Shown: positions 10,327 to 19,361, numbered from the stretch's first letter. The stretch is DNA of 64,000 nucleotides from Candidatus Parvarchaeota archaeon (GCA_025920305.1 JAPDMB010000001.1:538-64537), one strand, 5' to 3'. Notes: generated from the letters alone by a model not told the origin. Translations and numbers: made by a program.

Positions 10327-10557
10327 ATGAGCGAGAATGCACGGCCGTTGGACCTGCTCAACAGCGCAAAGGGTAAGAATATCCTTGTGGAGCTTAAGAA
10401 TGGCCATTCCATATCTGGGAAGCTGATCACTTTCGATGTTCATATAAACCTGACTCTGGAGAACGCTGAAGACAAGGTCAATGGAGAGGTCGTAAGAAAG
10501 CTTGGTTACCTCTTCATAAAAGGTGATACGGTGGTGTTAGTTTCCCCTACTTTATGA
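10327..10557 (+). CDS. Sm-like archaeal protein (SmAP/LSm)
   Basis: PLDLLNSAKGKNILVELKNGHSISGKLITFDVHINLTLENAE fits the Sm1/Sm2 pattern. Conserved neighbour of L37e. Confidence 0.85.
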   Translation: MSENARPLDLLNSAKGKNILVELKNGHSISGKLITFDVHINLTLENAEDKVNGEVVRKLGYLFIKGDTVVLVSPTL

Positions 10558-10736
10558 GCACGGCATCGATGGGTTTGCACAACAGGAAGAATCCGCACGT
10601 CAGATGCAGGAGATGCGGTAAATATTCATATAACGCTAGAAAGCATCGCTGCTCCCATTGCGGATACGGTGAGACCTCCAAACTTCGAAATTATTCCTGG
10701 CTGAATAAGGACATAAATGGGAGAAGGAAAAATTAG
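10554..10736 (+). CDS. rpl37e: 50S ribosomal protein L37e
   Basis: C4 zinc ribbon RCRRCG...CSHCGY in a 60-aa basic protein. Stop/start overlap with the Sm gene, as in other archaea. Confidence 0.85.
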   Translation: MSTASMGLHNRKNPHVRCRRCGKYSYNARKHRCSHCGYGETSKLRNYSWLNKDINGRRKN

Positions 10737-10740
10737 AAAT

Positions 10741-11907
10741 TTATCCCTTATTTTCCCTTTTAAGTTGGTCTCTTAGTTTCTCCTCGTCAAACATAAACTT
10801 ATCTAGGTCATCTTTTACTTTCTCTCGGTTCTTCCTAATCTGTTCAAGTACTCTATTTATGGTGTCAGCTGCTATCTCTTTCATCTCTCCGCTGGTTATC
10901 TCCCCCCGGCTGTATTCTTCCCTTATCTTATCTATCTTATCAGCATCGTCTTCCAATGTCATGAATGAATTGAATGCAAAGTCGACTTCTATGTTGGCTC
11001 CATACTTTTTCTGCTCCTCTAGCGTGTCCCTTCCGCCGGAGAAGGCATATTTCATCAGTTTCCTTTTAACTGTCTTTTCATCGTCGTCCAAGAATATGCC
11101 GGTCATCTCATCGGACGAGGACATTTTCGTAGTCTGGCCTCTAAGTGCCGGTATGAATTTTGACATTATGGAAGCGGGTTTTTCAAAGCCTAATTTAGGG
11201 AGGACATCTCTGGCAACCCTGAAGTACGGATCTTGGTCTATGGCATATGGTATAAGGCAGTTATACCTCTCTCCGCTTAACGCAGAAAGCAGAAATGCAG
11301 GCACGATCTGGATGGAAGGGAAGAACAGTTTGCCGATATTGTCAGAATCGTTCACTCCGAAGACGGCTTTTATTGTAGATACAGTCACCTTCTTTGCAAC
11401 ATCCGTGGCATAGTAATACAATGTTTTAGCGGATTGATAGTCCGCTATAACGTGAGTCTTCTCGGGTTTGAAGCCCAGGCTTAGAATACTTATTATATTA
11501 TCCTCTTTTATCCTCTCCACTTCTTCCTTTGTCAGTTTTTCTTTGACCATGAACTTCTCATCATCTGTAATCTGTATCAGTAAATGTACATCAAATTTGT
11601 CCTGCAGCCATTTGGTGAATCTAAACGGTATCAGGTGGCCTATATGCATCTTGCCGGAAGGCCCTCTGCCTGTGTAAAGATAGAATTTCTCGTTTTTCTT
11701 GTATCCGTCCAAAAGGCTATCCAAGTTTCTATGCGCATAGAATAGTCTGTTTTTTAGATATGGATGCAGGTCTTTGGTATAAGATTTGATTTTTTCGAGT
11801 ATCTTATCATCTATGAGGGATGCGCCGAATCTTTGCACAAGTTTTGAGTAAGCAGCTTCGTCTAGCCTTCCGCTTACTTCCCATGGCGTTACATTCAGTT
11901 CTTCCAT
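10741..11907 (-). CDS. trpS: tryptophanyl-tRNA synthetase (archaeal/eukaryotic type)
   Basis: The N-terminus VTPWEVSGRLDEAAYSKL is typical of archaeal TrpRS. HIGH-region GKMHIGHLIPF. KMSKS-equivalent KMSSSD. Confidence 0.8.
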   Translation of the reverse strand: MEELNVTPWEVSGRLDEAAYSKLVQRFGASLIDDKILEKIKSYTKDLHPYLKNRLFYAHRNLDSLLDGYKKNEKFYLYTGRGPSGKMHIGHLIPFRFTKWLQDKFDVHLLIQITDDEKFMVKEKLTKEEVERIKEDNIISILSLGFKPEKTHVIADYQSAKTLYYYATDVAKKVTVSTIKAVFGVNDSDNIGKLFFPSIQIVPAFLLSALSGERYNCLIPYAIDQDPYFRVARDVLPKLGFEKPASIMSKFIPALRGQTTKMSSSDEMTGIFLDDDEKTVKRKLMKYAFSGGRDTLEEQKKYGANIEVDFAFNSFMTLEDDADKIDKIREEYSRGEITSGEMKEIAADTINRVLEQIRKNREKVKDDLDKFMFDEEKLRDQLKRENKG

Positions 11908-12010
11908 GCTCTAATATATCTTTGTCTCGTATTAAAGTTTTAGAGTATTTTCCCCTGATTTTATATGTGCTCACAAACTTTTTTCGAACGGAAAAGTATT
12001 TATACTCTAA

Positions 12011-12030
12011 TTACATATAATTATATGTAA
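12011..12030. promoter_or_regulatory. perfect 20-bp palindrome TTACATATAATTATATGTAA, putative operator, 2 nt upstream of the ribbon-helix-helix gene start
   Basis: Read directly from the sequence: the two 10-nt halves are exact reverse complements. It lies between a TATA-like element (tttatac, about 12000) and the ATG at 12033. Confidence 0.6.
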
Positions 12031-12032
12031 TT

Positions 12033-12269
12033 ATGGAAAGGAAAGGCGCGGGATATAATAGCAGCAAAAAATTCACAACGGTTTCTCTGCCGAAGCCATT
12101 GGCAGTCAAGCTCAATAAGATAATAAGTGGGACAGGGTTTACCTCCTTATCCAGCTTTGTTGAGTATGTTATGAGGGAGATAGTTGTGAACGAAATGGAA
12201 GGAAGTAAAGGTAAGAACGTAGACGTTTCAGACGTCGAAGAAAAACTAAGGAGGTTGGGATATCTATGA
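12033..12269 (+). CDS. ribbon-helix-helix (CopG/MetJ-like) DNA-binding protein with a CysD-like C-terminal tail
   Basis: The N-terminus TTVSLPKPLAVKLNKII...SFVEYVMREI fits a beta-strand plus two-helix ribbon-helix-helix. It ends ...EEKLRRLGYL. The ATGA overlap with the next gene indicates translational coupling. Confidence 0.6.
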   Translation: MERKGAGYNSSKKFTTVSLPKPLAVKLNKIISGTGFTSLSSFVEYVMREIVVNEMEGSKGKNVDVSDVEEKLRRLGYL

Positions 12270-13102
12270 ATTTGGAAAAAAACAGGGATTCAATGCATCC
12301 GAATAGAATAGAGGGCGGGTTATCGCTGGATGCTAAGGAAAGTATAGCCAAGATAGTGATAGAAGATGCCCTTAAGAGATTCAAGAGGCCTACTGTGGTC
12401 TGGAGCGCAGGTAAGGATAGTACCGTCGTGCTGGATCTAGTATTGAAGGTGTGCAAAAAAATTGGAGTGAGTAATCCCCCTGCTTTATTTATAGATCACG
12501 GCCAGCATTATGATGAGACGATGAAGATGCTTTCGGACGTAAGCAACAGATGGAAGTTCAAATTGATATATGCCAGGAACGAGAACGTGCTTAAAAACGT
12601 TGATAAAAATAACAAAATTAAGGTAAAATCTTTGGATAAGAAGAACCAGGAGGAGGTAAGTCGTATAGGTTTTAAGGGCGAGGAGTTTGAATATGGGTTG
12701 GAAACAGAGGTAGGCAATCATCTTCTTAAGACGGTGGCGATGAATGATGCTATAGAAAAATACCGGTTCGATGCCCTGTTCACAGGGATCAGATGGGATG
12801 AAAATGAAGCAAGATCCAGGGAGGTATTTATAAGCCCAAGAGCATATCCAGAGCATGTACGTGTTCAGCCGATACTCCCATTTACCGAAAGAAATGTCTG
12901 GGAGTATATATTTAAGTATAACTTACCGGTGCATCCCCTCTATAAACAAGGCTATCGTTCGATAGACGGCAAATTCGATTCAAAGAAGACAAGCGATTTA
13001 CCGGCCTGGGAGCAGGATCTTGAGAATACAAGGGAGAGGGCTGGCAGGTCCCAGGACAAAGAAGGTGTGATGGAGAAGCTTAGGCTTTTCGGTTACATGT
13101 GA
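12266..13102 (+). CDS. CysD-like PP-loop ATP pyrophosphatase (PAPS reductase / sulfate adenylyltransferase subunit 2 family), no catalytic Cys
   Basis: PP-loop SAGKDSTVVLDL, FIDHGQHYDET and YNLPVHPLYKQGYRSI. The C-terminus RERAGRSQDKEGVMEKLRLFGYM aligns with the E. coli CysD C-terminus ([24 protein letters not shown]). The Cys of the CysH ECGLH motif is absent. Confidence 0.7.
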   Translation: MNLEKNRDSMHPNRIEGGLSLDAKESIAKIVIEDALKRFKRPTVVWSAGKDSTVVLDLVLKVCKKIGVSNPPALFIDHGQHYDETMKMLSDVSNRWKFKLIYARNENVLKNVDKNNKIKVKSLDKKNQEEVSRIGFKGEEFEYGLETEVGNHLLKTVAMNDAIEKYRFDALFTGIRWDENEARSREVFISPRAYPEHVRVQPILPFTERNVWEYIFKYNLPVHPLYKQGYRSIDGKFDSKKTSDLPAWEQDLENTRERAGRSQDKEGVMEKLRLFGYM

Positions 13103-13160
13103 ACCTTCTAGATAGCGGAACATATATATTAAATTGAAACATTAGATACTAAGTACTGGT

Positions 13161-13259
13161 GGCTCGATAGCTTAGCTCGGTTAGAGCACTGCTCTTATAT
13201 AAGCATGCTCCAATATTTAGGTAAAGCAGGGGTCGCGAGTTCAAATCTCGCTCGAGCCA
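13161..13259 (+). tRNA. tRNA-Ile (anticodon UAU) with a 24-nt intron at the canonical 37/38 position (intron 13200..13223)
   Basis: Cloverleaf assembled by hand. Acceptor GGCTCGA/TCGAGCC, discriminator A. D-stem GCTT/GAGC with a GG loop. Anticodon stem CTGCT/AGCAG. T-arm GCGAG-TTCAAAT-CTCGC. No encoded CCA. Anticodon loop nt 32-37 read CTTATA, then the intron. Bulge-helix-bulge: CTTA (32-35) pairs with intron TAGG, flanked by 3-nt bulges TAT and TAA. Confidence 0.7.
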
Positions 13260-13263
13260 TCTT

Positions 13264-13995
13264 TTAGATAGAACTCAGTATTTGCTTCGCGAATCTTGGG
13301 TTATTGCTAGTTATAGAATCCACACCTATGCTGACGGCTCTCCTTATATCCAATTCTGTATCCACAGTCCATGCGGCAACCTTGAACCCGTTCTTATGGG
13401 CTAAGTCTACGTCGTCCTTGTAGATAAGATAAAAATCGGGCTGGACCCAGTTTCCGCCTAATCTTTTCGATATATCCACCATCCAGCTCACCTTTGAAAC
13501 GAAAAGTACGCCTAAACTGATGCTCTTATCAAGCTCTCTCAGCCTCTCTAACGAGTCAAAGTCGAATGATATTATCTGGACGTTATTCTTAAGCTTGAAA
13601 TCATCGATCAGATCGAGGACCTTTTCTTCTATGTGCGGATATATCTTATAGCTCTGTTTGATCTCCAAATAATAATGAATATCAGTCCCAACCTCCTCAA
13701 AGACCTCCTTAAGCGTAGGTACTCGTGTTTTCTCCCATTTTTTTCCGAATTTAATGCCTGCGTCCAGCTTCTTTATCTCATCGAGAGTGTGATCGTGTAT
13801 GAATCCCCTGCCTTCCGTTGTACGGTCTAGGGTTTCATCATGCATCACCACAAGTTCATTGTCCTTCGTGGTGTGGAGATCCATCTCAACGCCATATACA
13901 CCTATCTCTTTAGCGGTTTTAAAGGAGGGGATGGTGTTTTCAGGCGCTTCGAAAGCTGCGCCGCGGTGCCCATATAGAAGCGGCTTTTCCATCAT
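13264..13995 (-). CDS. glycerophosphodiester phosphodiesterase (GDPD/UgpQ family)
   Basis: LLYGHRGAAFEAPENTIPSF...YGVEMDLHTTKDNELVVMHDETLDRTT is the canonical GDPD N-terminal catalytic block. Confidence 0.9.
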   Translation of the reverse strand: MMEKPLLYGHRGAAFEAPENTIPSFKTAKEIGVYGVEMDLHTTKDNELVVMHDETLDRTTEGRGFIHDHTLDEIKKLDAGIKFGKKWEKTRVPTLKEVFEEVGTDIHYYLEIKQSYKIYPHIEEKVLDLIDDFKLKNNVQIISFDFDSLERLRELDKSISLGVLFVSKVSWMVDISKRLGGNWVQPDFYLIYKDDVDLAHKNGFKVAAWTVDTELDIRRAVSIGVDSITSNNPRFAKQILSSI

Positions 13996-14065
13996 TGAAT
14001 TAGTCTTCCCTGAAATATAAGCCTTTAAAGCGTTAAAAACGGTAAGATGATGATAAATAAATCAG

Positions 14066-14743
14066 ATGAATGCTCAATACTTACACATGGTTAGATACGC
14101 CCTTGTTTTTAGTAAAGACATCAGAGAAGAAGCTCATAAATTCTATATGATCTGCCATAGACTGAAGAGATGGCATTCTAATGTGGTTTTAATCGTTTTG
14201 GATGCGTGCTTAACCAGCAGCGGTTTGAACTACTTCAATGTCGTGGTGCCGAGGGTTGAGGCCTTCTATAAAGACTATATGAGGGATGATGCTAACCGCG
14301 GTATAGATTGGGCTCTATCAAAGAGAGATTCGATGGATCTCTTGTCATTATTTAACAATAAGAGGATATGGGGTTGCTTCTTTGACATACTGTCAAGATT
14401 GTCTGATTCAAGGATCAAGGGCGAGAAGGACATGGAAACCTTTAAAAGGTGGGCTGTGTCAGCTGATTATAAGAGCATTGATTCTGATCCTATAGGGATG
14501 ATAAAAGGCGTTGGAATAAACACTTTCCAATATCTCAGGATGCAGGCTGGCGTAGACACAATCATGCCGGATAAAATAATAAAGAGGTGGATTGAAAATT
14601 ACACCGGTAAGAAGATCAAAGATGAGTTCGAATGCATAGATTTAGGGGCTAAAATATCAAAGAGCATGAAGGTAAGCCCGATAGAGCTATGCTGGGCGGT
14701 CTGGATAAAGGAAAGCGATGAACGCGGGAGGCCTATAGTCTAA
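14066..14743 (+). CDS. hypothetical protein with a helix-hairpin-helix/GPD-like segment (possible DNA glycosylase-like)
   Basis: IKGVGINTFQYLRMQAGVDTIMPD resembles the HhH-GPD loop of EndoIII/AlkA-type glycosylases (LPGVG...VDTH). The rest has no recognisable motifs. Confidence 0.35.
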   Translation: MNAQYLHMVRYALVFSKDIREEAHKFYMICHRLKRWHSNVVLIVLDACLTSSGLNYFNVVVPRVEAFYKDYMRDDANRGIDWALSKRDSMDLLSLFNNKRIWGCFFDILSRLSDSRIKGEKDMETFKRWAVSADYKSIDSDPIGMIKGVGINTFQYLRMQAGVDTIMPDKIIKRWIENYTGKKIKDEFECIDLGAKISKSMKVSPIELCWAVWIKESDERGRPIV

Positions 14744-14875
14744 CAAAGTGAGCTGGAAATCCCTTCGAATTAGCAAGTGGATGAAAGCGAGCAAAGCGAT
14801 GGCATATAAGTTCAGGATGCATCCAGATGCAGAAAACAGGAAGAGATTATACTGCGCCGTAGGACGAATCATCCA

Positions 14876-15400
14876 TCAGCTCTTTATCGACGCCTCTTTA
14901 AGTTCTTTGATAGCCCCGTCTTTATTAGAAAAACCCTTGAATCTTACAAATTTGCCTTTTTCAAGTTCTTTCATATGCTCAAAAAAGTGCTTTATTTTAT
15001 CTTTTAAATACTGCGGTATATCATCCATGGTCTTTATCATCGATGATGCAGGGTCTACTTTGTCTACGGGTACAGCGATTATCTTGTTGTCCGTACCAGC
15101 TTCATCTTCCATTAGCAAGAGCCCGATCGCCCTGCATTTTACAATGGTATTGGATGATATAGAAGCGGAGGATATGACCAAGACATCTAGTGGATCCCCG
15201 TCTTTGCTCTTCGTGTTAAGCGCAAAGCCATAATTTGTAGGGTATACCATGGATGTGAACAGTATCCTATCTAGTTTTATGTTTTCTAGCTCCTCATCAT
15301 ATTCATACTTCATGTTGCTCCCCGCAGGTATCTCTATGAAGGTATAAAAGGTCTCAGGGAAGTCATCAGTTTGCTTATTGAATTCCATCAGACATATCAT
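14876..15400 (-). CDS. ppa: inorganic pyrophosphatase (family I)
   Basis: EIPAGSNMKYEYDEE...DRILFTSMVYPTNYGFALNTKSKDGDPLDVLVIS is the soluble PPase signature. Confidence 0.92.
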   Translation of the reverse strand: MICLMEFNKQTDDFPETFYTFIEIPAGSNMKYEYDEELENIKLDRILFTSMVYPTNYGFALNTKSKDGDPLDVLVISSASISSNTIVKCRAIGLLLMEDEAGTDNKIIAVPVDKVDPASSMIKTMDDIPQYLKDKIKHFFEHMKELEKGKFVRFKGFSNKDGAIKELKEASIKS

Positions 15401-15482
15401 TATATTCTGGTATATAAATATTGCTGTCCATTGTAATCAGATGCGGAAAGTATTTTAACTTCATGCAAATTTGTTATTCATA

Positions 15483-15556
15483 GGGTCGTTGGCCAAGTGG
15501 CCTAAGGCACTCGACTGATAATCGAGAGATCGGGGGTTCGAATCCCCCACGGCCCA
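15483..15556 (+). tRNA. tRNA-Ile (anticodon GAU)
   Basis: Acceptor GGGTCGT/ACGGCCC. Anticodon stem CTCGA/TCGAG with loop CTGATAA. T-arm GGGGG-TTCGAAT-CCCCC. Discriminator A. No encoded CCA. Upstream TATA tatataaata. Confidence 0.85.
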
Positions 15557-15620
15557 TCCTCTTGTATGCTGCCTTTATCCAGAAAAAAGTTATTTAACTC
15601 TAGGAATCCTTATAATCCGT

Positions 15621-15998
15621 ATGGTATTCACCATACCGGGAGCAGTCGTGCTGGTAGTATTCTCCATCCTTGCCGTACTTGGGTTTATATTGTTATATTT
15701 CATGGGCATTATCCTGGCAGTGATAAATAAGCACAAAGACGATAAGGCCCCTTTCACCTCATTTATGCTCCATCCGGATGATACAAAGAAGGAGATTGAC
15801 AAGTTTCTATATGTCGGTGTAGCGATACTTTTAACGGGTATTTTTACCATCACACAAAAGCTTCTTGGACCAGTAAATCTGAATAACCCGTTGATACTTG
15901 TGACTTATCTGCTGGCATACGTGTTTGGAATAGTAAGCGCTGTTCTTGTAGTGTACATTGGATACAGGTGGTACAGAAAATTTAAGAGGTTCCTATGA
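15621..15998 (+). CDS. small integral membrane protein (about 4 TM), hypothetical
   Basis: Four hydrophobic helices. Overlaps the next paralogous membrane-protein gene by 4 nt. Confidence 0.45.
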   Translation: MVFTIPGAVVLVVFSILAVLGFILLYFMGIILAVINKHKDDKAPFTSFMLHPDDTKKEIDKFLYVGVAILLTGIFTITQKLLGPVNLNNPLILVTYLLAYVFGIVSAVLVVYIGYRWYRKFKRFL

Positions 15999-16462
15999 AT
16001 TTTGATTTGATATACGGAGTTGCGACTTTTATCTTTAATATAGTAACCTTCATAGCCGTAATACTTCTAATCAATGATTACAAGGATAAGAATACCATAG
16101 CTCAGGCTACGAGGATGTTTTTGGATGCAAGAAGATTTACACTTGCCTTTGTGTTCTTGCTGATCGCAGCGCTGTCCCTGGCGGTAGGCTATAGCATTAG
16201 CGCCTTTATCGCCGTCAATAATCCTCAAACTACTTTCTGGGAGTATACGAATATACTCGTCTTTCTATTCCTTATGCTATTCTTTGTATTATTCTCAGGG
16301 TTCTACACTAGCCGGAGAGTGAAGAGGAAGTTGCTGAAGCCGACAAGTGTAGAAGTTCCTACGAATAATTTGAACCAGAACCCTCCTGCCCAGTCAGGGG
16401 ATTCAAGCATACCAGGGCAGCCTGCATCTCCTGGGGATGAGCAGGTGCATCAGAAGCAATAA
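15995..16462 (+). CDS. small integral membrane protein with a Pro/Gln-rich C-terminal tail, hypothetical
   Basis: Hydrophobic helices similar in layout to the preceding ORF. Low-complexity C-terminus. Confidence 0.45.
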   Translation: MNFDLIYGVATFIFNIVTFIAVILLINDYKDKNTIAQATRMFLDARRFTLAFVFLLIAALSLAVGYSISAFIAVNNPQTTFWEYTNILVFLFLMLFFVLFSGFYTSRRVKRKLLKPTSVEVPTNNLNQNPPAQSGDSSIPGQPASPGDEQVHQKQ

Positions 16463-16493
16463 AGTATTAAAGTGATTATAGAGTCTATTAAAG

Positions 16494-18134
16494 ATGCAGG
16501 CAAAGTTCATCGTTGTCACTGGTTCCTTGATGAGCGGTCTTGGAAAGGGAATTCTCGTTTCATCAATAATGAAGGTTCTGGATATGTATGATTTAAAGGT
16601 CCTTCCGATAAAATTCGATGGCTACCTGAATTTCGACTGCGGTACGATGAATCCATATCGCCATGGCGAGGTCTTCGTACTGGAGGATGGCGGAGAAGTT
16701 GACATGGATTTCGGAACGTATGAAAGATTTTTAGACAGAGATCTAGATAGAGATTCATCCATAACGGGCGGGAAGATAATCAGCAGTATAATAGAGAAGG
16801 AGAGGAGGGGAGACTTCCTGGGAGAAGATGTACAGGTGACCCCTCATCTCACAGGAGAGGTAATAAAGTATATAGAAGATTTCGCAGAGAAGAAGAAAAT
16901 TGATATAGTCGTTATAGAAGTCGGTGGTACAGTAGGCGACATAGAGAATGGATACTTCATAGAGGCGATGAGACAGCTTTCCTTGAAGAGAAAAGTAGAG
17001 TTTATAAATTTGACTTATGTACCGGTTATAAGCAGCGTTGGTGAGCAGAAGACTAAGCCGTCACAGATAGGCATACGCCTACTTATGCAGGCTGGTATAA
17101 AGCCAGATATATTGGTAAGCAGAACGCATGAGCCGCTATCAGAAAAAACAAGGGAAAAATTGGCATTTTTCTCAAGCCTAGACAAAAGCAGAATAATAAG
17201 CGATGAAGATCTGAACAACATATACAGGTTCCCAATTAATCTGCTTAAGCAGGGAGTGGATAGGATATTATTAGATGATTTGGGCATCAAGGGACTTAAA
17301 ATCAATAGAGACAAGTTGCGCTCCTGGGAAGAGATAGCCGATGACACAGTCGGTATAGAAGGCGAGTCAATAAGGATAGGGATCGTTGGTAAGTATATAG
17401 ATCTGAAAGATTCATATGTAAGTGTAAGAGAAGCCGTGTATCACGCCTCTCATGCACTTGGCATAAATACGGATATAAAATGGATAGAAGCGACAAACCT
17501 CAGAGATGAGAAGCAGGTATCAAATGAGCTTGCAGGGCTGGATGGTGTGATAATCCCAGGCGGCTTCGGTGCCAGGGGCATAGAAGGGAAGATAATGGCG
17601 ATAAAATATGCGAGGGAAAATAAAATACCCCTCCTCGGGTTATGCCTCGGCATGCAGTTGATGGCGGTTGAATTTGCGCGCAATGTCTGCAAGCTTAAGG
17701 GGGCAAACTCGACTGAGTTCGACCCAAAGACTAAATATAAGATAATAGATTTAATGCCCGCACAAGTTGCCGTAAAGAATAAAGGTGGAACTATGAGATT
17801 AGGCGCTTGGAAGGCGAGGATAACCGTCAATGATTCGATCGCATATAGAGCTTATAAAAAGAAAATCATCTCCGAGAGGCATAGGCACAGATACGAATTG
17901 AATAACAGATACAGGCATCTGCTCGAAAAAGCAGGGCTCATCGTTTCAGCCACCACCTTAGACGGTAAATTAGTTGAGATCATGGAATGGAAGAACAGTT
18001 ATGGCATTGGCACGCAGGCCCATCCGGAGTTGAAGTCTAGGCCAAGTAGGCCTTCGCCTCTGTTCTTGTCGTTTATAAATGCGGCATCAGAAGTCAAGAA
18101 GCAAAGTTTAAATACATCGACTAAATCAGAATAA
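16494..18134 (+). CDS. pyrG: CTP synthase
   Basis: N-terminal synthetase domain (KFIVVTGSLMSGLGKG) and C-terminal class I glutamine amidotransferase with GLCLGMQ and HPE. Confidence 0.95.
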   Translation: MQAKFIVVTGSLMSGLGKGILVSSIMKVLDMYDLKVLPIKFDGYLNFDCGTMNPYRHGEVFVLEDGGEVDMDFGTYERFLDRDLDRDSSITGGKIISSIIEKERRGDFLGEDVQVTPHLTGEVIKYIEDFAEKKKIDIVVIEVGGTVGDIENGYFIEAMRQLSLKRKVEFINLTYVPVISSVGEQKTKPSQIGIRLLMQAGIKPDILVSRTHEPLSEKTREKLAFFSSLDKSRIISDEDLNNIYRFPINLLKQGVDRILLDDLGIKGLKINRDKLRSWEEIADDTVGIEGESIRIGIVGKYIDLKDSYVSVREAVYHASHALGINTDIKWIEATNLRDEKQVSNELAGLDGVIIPGGFGARGIEGKIMAIKYARENKIPLLGLCLGMQLMAVEFARNVCKLKGANSTEFDPKTKYKIIDLMPAQVAVKNKGGTMRLGAWKARITVNDSIAYRAYKKKIISERHRHRYELNNRYRHLLEKAGLIVSATTLDGKLVEIMEWKNSYGIGTQAHPELKSRPSRPSPLFLSFINAASEVKKQSLNTSTKSE

Positions 18135-18136
18135 AG

Positions 18137-18454
18137 ATGGCAGAAAATTTGGATGAGGACAACTTTCATCAGACTTTAAAGGGAGTCGATCTTGCTTTGG
18201 TTGACTTCTGGGCGGAATGGTGTATGCCTTGTAAGATGCTTGAGCCAGTTCTGGCAGAAGTAGAAAAAGAGATGGGCGGTAAGCTGAAATTCTTTAGATT
18301 AAATGTGGATGAGAATCCAAACATTGCAAGCGAATACGGTATAGAGGGCATACCTACTTTGATAGTGTTCAAAGGCGGTAAGCCTATAAACGCAATCGTT
18401 GGATTCAGACCTAAAGCTCAGCTAGAGAAAGATATAAATGATTCAATAAAGTAG
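18137..18454 (+). CDS. trxA: thioredoxin
   Basis: Active site WAEWCMPCK (CxxC) in a 105-aa protein. Confidence 0.9.
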   Translation: MAENLDEDNFHQTLKGVDLALVDFWAEWCMPCKMLEPVLAEVEKEMGGKLKFFRLNVDENPNIASEYGIEGIPTLIVFKGGKPINAIVGFRPKAQLEKDINDSIK

Positions 18455-18473
18455 ACATACTATGATTTGAGCT

Positions 18474-18992
18474 ATGGATAAAATGCTTTTAGTCGGTAGT
18501 AGAGTTGTAATATCCGATCAGCCGCTTGCATCTTCGATATATAATAAAGGCGCATTTGGCGTCTTTGAAGATGGAAAGTTGTATCTCTCGCTGGAGGAAG
18601 CTCTCTATCTGAAAGAAAAGAAAAAACTTGAGATTATCGATAATAGCGGAAAGCGGATGAATGACACGACTATCTTAAGAGTTTTCGGGAGGAGAGAGAA
18701 GGGTTTCGCAAAGAGATATATCGTTTTCAAGAATCTCAGAGATAAAGGTTACATCCCGAAGGCCGCATTCAAATACGGTGGTGATTTCAGGGTATACGAT
18801 AAGGGCGACAGGCCTGGTAAAGAGCATGCCGAATGGATATTAAAGATATATGAACAGGGCGATACGGTGAAGTTCAAAGATTTCTCAGCCTTGAATAGGG
18901 TAGCTCACAGTGTGAAGAAGAGTCTGCTTATTGCAGTAGTAGACGATGAAAATTCAGTTACATTTTATGAAGTGAACTGGAGAAATATCTGA
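18474..18992 (+). CDS. endA: tRNA-splicing endonuclease (EndA, homotetramer/homodimer-type subunit)
   Basis: LSLEEALYL, VFKNLRDKGYIPKAAFKYGGDFRVY and the conserved His/Lys region match archaeal EndA. Consistent with the intron-bearing tRNAs in this window. Confidence 0.85.
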   Translation: MDKMLLVGSRVVISDQPLASSIYNKGAFGVFEDGKLYLSLEEALYLKEKKKLEIIDNSGKRMNDTTILRVFGRREKGFAKRYIVFKNLRDKGYIPKAAFKYGGDFRVYDKGDRPGKEHAEWILKIYEQGDTVKFKDFSALNRVAHSVKKSLLIAVVDDENSVTFYEVNWRNI

Positions 18993-19095
18993 CATGGCAA
19001 AATTATCCATGAAACGTTTAGCGAAGTATAGGCGATTACAGAATAAGATTAGGAGAGATAGTATTAGGCTGCAGGCAGTTTTGAGAGAATATAAA

Positions 19096-19359
19096 TCAAA
19101 TTAATCCAAGCTGCGTTGCAAGGTCCATAGCATTGTTTTCTTTGTTTAGCTTAACGATTGCAATCTTGTCTCCATTCATTCTATTGATTATATTTATGGC
19201 TTCTACCTTTACAGAGAATAAGGACTCTATCTCCTTTTTTAGTTCTATCTTATTCGAGTGTTTTGTGACGATAAATGATAGTTTATTATCCTGCTGCATC
19301 AGTCTTATAGACTTCTCTCCCCCAACTACACTCACTATGTTTTTGATCTTTTTCTCCAT
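19096..19359 (-). CDS. rpl23: 50S ribosomal protein L23
   Basis: Motifs: [26 protein letters not shown], and GDKIAIVKL. Last gene of an L3-L4-L23 run. Confidence 0.85.
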   Translation of the reverse strand: MEKKIKNIVSVVGGEKSIRLMQQDNKLSFIVTKHSNKIELKKEIESLFSVKVEAINIINRMNGDKIAIVKLNKENNAMDLATQLGLI

Positions 19360-19361
19360 AT

